Positions 54,066 to 64,000 of a stretch of DNA of 64,000 nucleotides are shown here, one piece after another. Position numbers and translations under genes: made by a program. The notes under the pieces are model-generated. The model searched no databases and was not told where the DNA came from. It was given only the letters and a program-made list of their open reading frames with translations. Every line of letters begins with the position of its first letter. Within the stretch, counting starts at the first letter, position 1. Source of the stretch: Octopus bimaculoides (Eukaryota); assembly GCF_001194135.2 (NCBI RefSeq), contig NC_068998.1, forward strand, positions 46,164,821 to 46,228,820. The letters are read 5' to 3'.

Positions 54066-55079
54066 TGTTTGTGAGTACGTGTATCTACATGTGTGTGTGT
54101 ATGTGCATGAGCGTGTATAAATGTACGTGTTCATACGTGCACGGCTTATGCATATGTATGCTTCACAGAGCAGTTTGCAATATATTTTTTGCCAACCAAG
54201 AACAACACTAACATCTTCTGCCTTGTTGAATGTTCTGTGTGTGTGTGTGTGTGAGATTGATAGATAGATAGATAGATAGATAGACGGACAGAGAGTATTA
54301 GAGCATTTGTGCGAGAGAGTGTTGGTGCATGTGCGAATATGAACGTGTTTTAGCCAGAGTGCAATGCATCAACACACCATCTGCCAAGGTTGGAATTTCG
54401 AAGGGACAATCATTCCTAAAAATGATCTTAAGGCATACACATCCATCATCTTCATTCATTCTATGTCCCTGTCTGCATCATTGCTATATAGTTGTTGCCG
54501 CTAAACTGGACTCATCCGTCATTTTCGCAACATCCTTTCATCCTAATGAAGTTTCTAGCAAACTTTCTCACAAATCTAGGCACTGGTTTAGTTATCTGTA
54601 ACCTAATCATGTAACTAGTTGTACTACATTCTATGTTGTCAATAGTATTAAGAGATACATTAACAATGTTTAGTTTTGTGGCTTTAGTATATAGTACTGG
54701 ACCAATTATCCAGTAAGCTTAGGACCAGAAGTGGCCTGGATTTCTGGGTTTTCCAGTTTTCTGGAGATACACTAAATATAAATTAAACTATGAAAAGTAA
54801 AGAACTAAATTGTGTTTAACAGGCTCTAATACACCTTTAAAACAGGGTCCGTTTGATATTAATGTATTTAAAATTCTTAAAATATGCCATATTGTTCTAT
54901 ATATACAATATGTTTATAGGATGAAAAGGAAAGAACATGATAAAGTACCAGTGCTGGTTCCACACAAAAAGCACCTGTGGTGGTGCTATGCAAAAAGCAC
55001 AGGTGCTGGTGCCATGTGAAAGGCACTGGTGCCATGTGAAAGGCACTGGTGCTGCTATCGCATAAAAAAACGCCTAGTA

Positions 55080-55292
55080 CTTTATTGCCCACAAGGGGCC
55101 AAACAAGGATAGACAAAGGTATTAAGTCGATTACATCGACCCCAGTGTGTAACTAGTACTTAATTTATCGACCCTGAAAGGATGAAAGGCAAAGTCGATC
55201 TCAGCGGAATTTGAACTCAGAATGTAACGCCAGACGAAATACCGCTAAGCATTTCGCCCAGCGTGCTAACGTTTCTGCCAGCTCTCCGCCTT
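55080..55292 (-). mobile_element. SINE family C, low divergence
   Basis: Near-identical to 20384-20618. Confidence 0.85.
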
Positions 55293-57069
55293 ATAGATTA
55301 CAATGTTTCTTTAAACCTATAAATCTAATGGATTTACGGGTCTCTAAAACAGCCCTTCTCACAAGTCTAGTTGGGTAGGCTGCTGGTTCAGTTGTCTTCC
55401 ACCCAACCACCTAGCAAGTTGTACTATTACTATAGCACTGAAATAGTGGGACCAACAAACTAATATTTAGTTTTCTAAATCTATAAGACTCACGATGGAT
55501 TTATAGATTTCTAGCAGCTTTCTTCACAAGCCTAGCCTGGTGGGGTACTAGTCCAGTTTTCCATGACCCAAGTACACAATATATTGTACTAGACTGTGTT
55601 ACCAATAGTACTGAGACAGTGAGAGAAAGAGTGAGAGAATGAGAAAGAGAGAGAAAGAGTGAGGGGGAGAGAGAGACATTAACAATGTTTAGTCTTGAGG
55701 CTGTAGTGCACTATAAAATTTATAGATTTCAACCTATGTTGCATTTGTAAAAGAAATTAAAATACACAGAAAAAAATCATTAAAACAACCATCATGTTCA
55801 TTTTAACGTTCACTTTTCCATGCTTGCATGAGTCATACAGAGTTCACTGAGGTAGATTGTTCTATGGCCAGACACCCTTCCTGTCACCACCTCTCGCCTG
55901 TTTTCAAGCAAGGTAATATCTCCCTATGACAAGATCACATCTTGCAGGATACTGGAAATAGTGATACAACACTCATTTACAACTATTGCACAAATATCAA
56001 GACAAGAAGACACAAACACACACATATAGATAATGGGCTTCTACTAGTTTCCCTCTAGCAAATCCATTCACAAAGCTTTGGTTGACCCAGGGACTGCCAT
56101 ACAGAGGGACTGAACCCAGAACCATGTCTTTTTAATATTAATATTTTGTGACAATGCTTTACTGTACCATAATATCGCCATTGTTGTTTTCATCCCCATT
56201 AGTACAGTTCAGATCATGTAATCCCTGTGTATTTCACGCGAATTAATGTATGTGGTTTCGCCAGGGACAGAATAACTTCTCTTGTGCTAATGTCTTGCTG
56301 AAATGCATCCAGTAAATTTTGTTAAATGGCTGGTGTTACAAACAGTATCTGGCTGAAGGAATCATGCCAAAACTGGAGTGTACAAGTAAGACAGGGTCCC
56401 TGGCACATCTAGGGTTGGGGAGCAGTAACTCCATATAAGTGACTTGGCCATCGATGACTGACCAACCAGCATCGAAAAGTGAATAGGGAAGTGATGACAA
56501 GGAAGTAACTTTTTTTATAAGTCATATTGAACATTTGTGTGTGTGTTTGAGTATGTTAGAGTGTGTGTAAGTGCAAGTGAGTACATGTGGGCGCGCAAGT
56601 GAATGTGAGCATATGTGTGAATGTGGGCATGTATGTGAATGTGGGCATGTGTGTGAATGTGGGCATGTGTGCGAGTGAATGCGCATGCATGTGTGTGTAA
56701 GGTTATAATCAATTGTATCGAGCTAAGTATTTTGCTTCATTGACCTAAGAAGAACAAGAACTAATGTTGGCCTAGGTGGGATTTGAACTCAGAAAGGAAA
56801 GAAATCCAACTGAATGCAACAGTGTGTGTGTGTTCGTGTGTGCATGTATGCAAACACACACACGTGCATGTCTCTTTGCCACTTACTCCATATGGAGAGT
56901 TAAGATATATACGAGATATAAATAAACGACACAGGATCATGAAATATAAGAGACACACACACCTACATACACAGACGCCAGGTGTCCTGAATGAACATGC
57001 CACCAATCACACTTCAATATATTTAAATGCAGTCTATGATGTGAGGGAGAGAGAGAAAGAAATAGAGAA

Positions 57070-57108
<39 letters not shown>

Positions 57109-57760
57109 TATAGTACTGATGGCTGAGCAAATTGGGTAGGAAACAATCAGCCAAGATGTGTATATAGGTCGGCAGAATACATTCTTATCAAATAGATAGG
57201 TCCAGTCCATGTAGCTGATAATAGGGGTGGGGGAGGTGTAAGGTAGAAACAAGCAAACTACAGTAAGACTCAGTGACTGATCTAGATATTGCATATTAAT
57301 GAAAATGAAAGTAGTGGTTAGTTAAAAAAATGATCAAGGGAACCCCGGCGTTGCCACAAGCTTGTGATGTCAATCTACCAACTAAAGGACAGAGGTGCTT
57401 TTCATGCTTGATTGAGTACGAAGGCTCATAAGCAGGAGTAATTAGTTTTATAACTAGATGCCCCACCTACAAATAATTCTTCAACTGTGTCCAATAAGCA
57501 GCGACACCCATATTTTTGTTGAAGCAATCCAGCAGGAGCTATAGTCACACTATTTTAAACTTGACTTTAACCAAGAGACAAAAAAAAAGGAGGGAAAGAA
57601 AAACACTGGGCTTTGGTTCACACATTTGCAAAGTTAAAACTATCAGGTGAGGTGTGGGGGGGTGGATGCATGTGCCACATTCTTAAGTGGGTTTGGGCCA
57701 ACAAACTTATGACTGAAGATTTCACTAAACAACTACTGGTCAGTGTCTTGGGTGCTCTGT

Positions 57761-58257
57761 GGGTATACTGCAGCAATCCTGAAGGTACACTGCAGTTATC
57801 CTATGAGCATACTAGTTATGCAGTGGGTACATTGTGGTTAACTAATGCATACAATGTGGTTATCTCATGGGCACACTGCAGTTAAGCTGCGGGGCACATT
57901 GCAGTTGTCCCGTGGACACGTTGCAGTTGTCCCGTGGGCACGTTGCAGTTGTCCCGTGGGCACGTTGCAGTTGTCCCGTGGGCATGTCCCATTGCCCTGC
58001 GGGCTCACTGCAGTTGCCCTGCAGGCATGCTTATCCGCAGGCACACTGCAGTTGTCCTGCCGGCACACTTCGGTTATCCCATGGGGACACGCCGGTTACC
58101 CTGAGGGCACATGCCGGTTATAGACCCTGGAACGCTCTGGTTATCCCATGGGCACACTCCGGTTGACCCATGGACACACTCCGGTTGACCCATGGGCACT
58201 CCAGTTATCCTGTGGGCACACTGCAGTTATCCTATGGACACACTACAGACATCCCAT
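57761..58257. repeat. 22-bp GC-rich minisatellite, about 23 units
   Basis: Core unit gggcacgttgcagttgtcccgt (exact copies around 57935-57980), degrading towards both ends. Confidence 0.92.
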
Positions 58258-59595
58258 AGATATGTAGTTCTGTGAGTGTACTGTAAAGAAAAAATATCTC
58301 AAGATTTAAAATTTAAATGGTAAATACAGTCAATGATAACTAAAAAAGATATCACCATATAGTTTACAATCAGTTAGCCTACCATTAAACATTCTGCAAT
58401 TAGCCTACTGCTACATGGTTTGTAGTAAGTTAACCCAATACCAAATACTTAACAGTAAACCTTGTTAAAGTCTCCATCAGTTTGCCCATACACAGGGTTA
58501 ACTATATTTCTGTAGATGGGAAGTTACTGGATGTAGTTCTGGGAAAGCTTTCTTTTGTGGAAGACCAGCAGTTTGCCAATGTAGCAAGAGACCCAGTTGT
58601 CCTTGCCACCAAAATTGTCCAAAAGAAACAAAGATTGATATATTTCATTATCGCAGAGAAACTCAATATAAAGGGCCTGAACAAACATCACAAGGTATTC
58701 CACCAATTAGGCACGCTCTAAAAGGACAAGGGGCTAGGTTGATCCTGGTAACCCATCCCAGGATTGAATAGTTTACCGTCAATCAACCTTCACTATTGAC
58801 ATATGTGGCCTTGTGTCAATCCAACAAACCACCACCACCACCACAATCACCACTACTACTACTACTAGTACCACTACTACTCTCAAAACATAATATTATC
58901 AATAGTGGTGAGTTGTTTTGACTTCATCAGTCCATAACATTCAGTCAGATAAACTACAAACATCAATACACACACACACTTTCTAAACATGTCTATCAAT
59001 ACATCACCACCACCACCATCATCATCATCATCACAAAAGTCAACATGGCTTCACCACTATCACAACAATCATCTAAACAACCATCACCACCACCAGCACC
59101 AACACCACGGGGCAACTGTGTTATTAGAACTAAAGCTGTGTTATTGTATTATTATGTAAATTTGGACTGATGCCATATAAGGACATGGCAATATAGTAGT
59201 GGAAACAGTGGTGGTGGTGAGAGAGATGGTGATGGTAAAATAATTGGTGGCTGTTCTTATAGCCCAAGGTCAGTATAGACACTGTAGTATCATTATGGCA
59301 GGAAACCGAATGAAGTGGTGCAATCCACAGATCCATCATCTTAATTCCAGCCCTTATTAAGGACCATATTGGACTCTCCAACACGGAGTAATGGTATAAG
59401 TTACAGCTCTCTCTACCATTGTCCAAGCTCTTCCATCAGGCCTAAAAATTCTTGTAACATTGACCGCAGTGTAGGCTGGCAAGGTAGACTTAGCGGGTGA
59501 CAGTTGCTCTTTCTCTGCACTTGTTGTTGTTGATGTTGTATGTCCCAGTACAACAGCCTCAATGTTCTGAACCAGTAAAGCTATTGATACTGCAG

Positions 59596-59627
<32 letters not shown>

Positions 59628-59639
59628 TTTATGACTGAG

Positions 59640-60026
59640 CTGAGTTAGAGGTTGTTTTGAGAATGATGTAATGTTCTTGGGGTGCTGTATGTTTATGTCT
59701 GGATCTTTAGAGATGGGTTTTGGCGTTTAGTGACTTGACGGAATTTGCAGGAGAAAGCTTACTCTGGCAACATATTGTGCCTCTTGTATGTCAAGGAGGT
59801 CGTCCATATTAAGTATTTTCAGATGTGACAGATGTATAGGAGTGTATAGGAGTGTATAACAGTAGAACCTCTGGAATTAGGACAGATGTGGTTGATGTAA
59901 AAGTAGTTAAGAATGGGAGTACGTATTGCCTGAAAGTCCCAGAATTGCTTTAACTTATTAGATGTAATTGGTAACTTCTGTTAGGTTGGCAGCTAGTTCG
60001 TGCTAGAGACAGTTGTATATAGTTGT
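59640..60026 (-). mobile_element. Probable decayed LINE C-terminal fragment (Jockey/I-like)
   Basis: Frameshifted segments GTFRQYVLPFL and YTPIHLSHLKILNMDDLLDIQEAQYVAR resemble post-RT LINE regions. The clade call is weak. Confidence 0.4.
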
Positions 60027-60189
60027 ACATCTGTCCTAATTCCAGAGGTTCTACTGTTATACACTCCTATACACTCCTATACATCTGTCACATCTGAAAA
60101 TACTTAATATGGACGACCTCCTTGACATACAAGAGGCACAATATGTTGCCAGAGTAAGCTTTCTCCTGCAAATTCCGTCAAGTCACTAA
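59727..60189. repeat. Perfect inverted duplication: 163-bp arms, 137-bp spacer
   Basis: 59727-59889 is the exact reverse complement of 60027-60189 (163/163 by manual comparison). Confidence 0.95.
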
Positions 60190-60500
60190 TGAGAAAAAGG
60201 GTGAAAGACATTTAGGGAGATGGCACCTTTGTTGGTCAAGACAAATTTGTATTTCTCCAGGCAAACTATATAATACATGTGTACAAAATGTAGTGTCACA
60301 TGGGAAAAAGGACATCATGGTGCTGCATGTACAAAGGGACATGGTTCCATATGTGCAAAAGCAGCGTTATGCCACATGTGAAAAGGAGCTTGGTGCTACA
60401 TGTTAAGACATGATTATTTATTGAATGTGCAATATGTGGAGAGAAATAAGGGCTATTGAGTGGATAAAGCCTATTTTGAACACATCCTTTAAAGCTGGAT
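60190..60500 (+). mobile_element. Highly decayed RTE-like fragment
   Basis: Resembles the 9620-9800 fragment (pattern similar to APLLVKT..SL..GKLYNTCV). Confidence 0.4.
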
Positions 60501-61149
60501 ACAAACTGTATAAGGGGGTTAGGGTAATCTTGCATGATCATAAAATTTACATGATTATATCCCACATTACAACTTGGAATATTTGAAACCCCATTCAGCC
60601 ACCCATCATCATTATCATCAGCATCATTGTATTTATGTACAAGGTTTACTAGGACTATTACTCTGGAAGTGTTGGGAAGGGAGAAAACCTCATCCATTTA
60701 ATGTAAGGAAACTGTACAGACAAAATAATGGTATTTCACAAACCAACCATGGCTTTAGGGGACGCACAGACACAAGAATAGAAGGAAGGAGAAACAGACT
60801 GATAGCAAGCGTGTAATTCCTCCCAGACAGTTGACGCCTCTTCCTTGCAATGTCTTCAGACTTTCACTCAACTAAAAACAACATCCAAAGTCTGCCTTCT
60901 TCGCCATCAAACTTGTAACTGTCTAATATGAAGACCTGTAAAGAATTGCCAGGAATGGGTCAGAGAAATCAATTATTTGGTACTGCTTATAATAATGGAT
61001 GCTGTCTTTGGCACATGGCCAGAAATGTGGTGTACGGGTAGAGTTACAAGAAGAAATGACCTTAGTATGTGACTATGGTGAAAAATTAAGACTTAACGAG
61101 AAAGCACTGATAATATAATAATAACAATAGTAAAGATAATAATAATAAT

Positions 61150-61602
61150 AATATTCCTTTCTACTAAAGGCCTGAAATTTGGGGAGAGGGGACTAGACAA
61201 TTACTTCGACCCCAGTGTTTCACTGATAATCTATCGACTCTGAAAGATGCCAGGTGACGCCGACCTTGGCAGAATTTAAACACAGAACATGAAGACATAC
61301 CGCTAAGCATTTTGCTTGGTGTGCTTATGATTCTGCCAGTTCACCACCACCATAATAATAATAATAATAATCCTTTCTACTATAGACACAAAGCCTGAAG
61401 TTTTGTTGGGAGATGGGATAATCAATTACATCGACCCTAGTACTCAGGCGGTACTTATTTCATTGATCCCTGAAAGGATGAGAGGTGAAGTTGACCCCAG
61501 TGGAATTTGACCCCAGTGGAATTTGAACTCAGATCGTAAAGACGGACTATATGTTGCCAAGCATTTTGTTTAGTGTTGTAACGATTTTGCCAGCTTGCTG
61601 CC

Positions 61603-61634
<32 letters not shown>

Positions 61635-61830
61635 CCTTTCTAGTATAGGAACAAGGCCTGAAAATTTGAGGGCAGTTGTATAGACAATTATAACCAACCC
61701 CAGTACTTGACTGGTACCTATTTTATCAACCCTGAAAGAATGAAAAGCAAAGTCAATCCCAGTGGAATTTGAACTCGGAATGTAAAGGTGGAAGAAATGC
61801 TGAAAAATATTTTGGCCAGCATGCTATGTC
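61150..61830 (-). mobile_element. Three head-to-tail family C SINEs, each with an (ATT)n tail
   Basis: Units at ~61150-61345, 61370-61605 and 61630-61830, each starting tcctttcta.ta and separated by (AAT)n. Confidence 0.8.
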
Positions 61831-62165
61831 ACAAAGGAGATAGAGGAGGAGGTACTATACAGAAGGGCAACAAAAAAAAAAAAAAATGTACACAGAAATC
61901 CCANNNNNNNNNNAGGATGTGAAAGTGTATACATTATACAAAATATGAAATCCCAAGAGCAGACCTGTCACCTAAATAATAAAATCTCCCTCAATTAAAT
62001 TTTAATTAGAAGTACACACTAGATAATATAGCCCTATATAGCCTGAAAAAGACAGGATGGTCATGTTGGGAATGTCTTTGATCAGAAGTCTGCTTAACCA
62101 AGGTTGACCTGGGACTGAAAAAAAAAAGACAAGGTCAAAAGAGGGAAGAGCAATGGAGATAATAA

Positions 62166-62787
62166 GGGTTTTGATGAGAATCGACAAGCTGGTCTGTTTT
62201 AGAAGGTTTTAGCTTCTAAAACAGATCAGAAATAAAGATAATCCTAACAAAAGCAAGTGCTCCGTCCCGGCTGTATTCCTTGGCCCACAAGCTGAGAGCA
62301 GAACCATCAACTCAGAGCATACTTGCTGCTCACCTACTTTTCTGCAAACTCATTGAAGGATGGTGAAGAGTAGAACTTGAACAATTCAATGAGAGCTTGA
62401 CCAAACGAGGAAGTGTCTGACTTCATTCCCGTCATTCACATCCAATTACACAAATTGCTACATCATAGCCACAAGTCTGAGGACAAAAAAAAAATGCCTA
62501 CACCTACCAGCCAAAGAAAAACAATGGGTGCAAACTAAGCCAATTGTCAGATCTGTTCTACATAGAGCAACACAAGGTAACAATAGACACCAAGTGAGAA
62601 ATGGTTTCATAGCTATGCACGTATCTCAAACAGGCTCAGCTGAGGGTACATCTTTGCCAGTAGAGTTTAGCTTGAACTGCAGCACTGCCAGATCAAGTTA
62701 TGCCAGAGATTTCTGGAAATTATTCTTAGTCTTCAAGCTAAAAGCCCCCACCAAAACAGACCAGCTTGTCGATTCTCATCAAAACCC
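62166..62787. mobile_element. 622-bp element with 35-bp perfect terminal inverted repeats (non-autonomous DNA transposon candidate)
   Basis: gggttttgatgagaatcgacaagctggtctgtttt (62166-62200) is the exact reverse complement of 62753-62787. Partial pairing (ttttagctt) continues inward. No matching TSD. Confidence 0.75.
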
Positions 62788-63378
62788 ACATTTTCTCCAC
62801 TACTCTTTCTCACTAACAGTAGGCCCTCTTTTGACTTTATAATGGTTTTTCAGTTCCTGTTCAATCCTGATTGAACAGACTTATGATCAAAGACATACCA
62901 TACATGACCATCTCGTCTTTTTTTTTTTAGGGTTATGCAGGACTGCATTATCTAATGAGTCCTTATAATTAAGACAACAGAATGCTATTGAAGGAGATTT
63001 GGTTGCTATTTTTAGCAGGTCAGACAACCACATAAGGGTATTTCTTGGACCAGATATACCGGTGTCTCACAAAACATAAGAAAAATTGTATGAGTACAGA
63101 AGGTTTATAAAAACAGGTATTTCAAAACAATTACAACCAACCCATCTAGAAAATGTGTAGAGAGCATTTTGCAACTGTCAAATGATATGTGGGTGTGTCT
63201 TTCATAATGTAACTTTTAACCAGATAGGTTTCTTGCATAGACACAAAGCTAGAAATTTGGGAAGCAGGAATAGTTGAGTAGGTAAAGTTCACATCATCAT
63301 CTTTTAACATCCACTTTTCCATAATTCATATGTGCTAATCAGTCAAATCGTCCAACGGACGTATGATGATTGATATAA

Positions 63379-63422
<44 letters not shown>

Positions 63423-63453
63423 NNNNNNNNNNATATATATATATATATATGTT

Positions 63454-63526
<73 letters not shown>

Positions 63527-63709
63527 CAGTGCACCTATGTACGCTGTGAAATATATCGAGTGATTAAGAACACTGACTTCTGAAATGTATTCTCTTTTTT
63601 GGTCTTATATGATGATGATGATTCCTGATGCTTGATTAGAGCGCTAATTAGTTGAGCTGTATAAGGAGATAATTATCCTATTTTTTCTTCATTATACAGT
63701 GTCCATCTC

Positions 63710-63845
63710 CCAAATCCACTCACAAAATTTTGAGCAACCCAGGACTAGAGTAGAAGACATTTGTCAAAGGTGCCATGCAGTGGAACTGAACCTGAAACAC
63801 CATGTGGTTGGGAACACACTTCTTACCACACAGCCATGCCTGCAC
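63710..63845 (-). mobile_element. SINE family B head
   Basis: ccaaatccactcacaa...gtagaagacatttgtcaaaggtgcc...cttaccacacagcc. Confidence 0.75.
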
Positions 63846-64000
63846 CATTGTTAGATTTGAACTCAAATTAGTAAAAAAAAACCCAGAAAACTGACAGTTC
63901 TATGGTATCCATAGATTTTGTGGACACATTGGAAATAAATTGGCATAACTACAGATTGATGCCTCGCCAATGACTGTTTCCTTATACCTTATATGGTATG

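Noticed and set aside
57761-58257. CRISPR-like array
   Set aside because: Units are contiguous with no unique spacers, there are no cas genes, and the context is eukaryotic. It is a minisatellite.

Overview
This is an AT-rich, microsatellite- and retroelement-dense eukaryotic window with 12 assembly gaps. The repeat families look like octopod (probably Octopus) SINE/MITE families; that assignment is from recall and is not verified. The only host gene I can support is a type II phosphatidylinositol 4-kinase (PI4K2) on the minus strand. Seven consecutive GT-AG exons (15321-15121, 9495-9364, 8139-7986, 6244-6186, 4652-4556, 3211-3078, 1370-1311) splice into one uninterrupted 837-nt (279-aa) frame. 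That frame carries the FKP lysine, the CCPCC palmitoylation motif and the DRGNDNWL and IDNGLAF catalytic motifs. The last exon lies left of the window, and I could not find the first coding exon in the 48.7 kb upstream. The rest is transposon-derived or low complexity: at least four SINE-like families, TTAA/CCC piggyBac-type MITEs, a split mariner-like MITE, four RTE-LINE fragments, and a HERO-type restriction-like-endonuclease retrotransposon 3' end that the ORF track missed (43807-43474, minus). Several long fold-back structures are present: 113-bp and 55-bp intronic hairpins, a 24-bp palindrome, a 163-bp perfect inverted duplication and a 622-bp element with 35-bp TIRs. I see no convincing novel multi-gene system. 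The most testable leads are dsRNA/ADAR-related structure in the PI4K2 pre-mRNA, the missing exon 1, the HERO fragment and the perfect inverted duplication.
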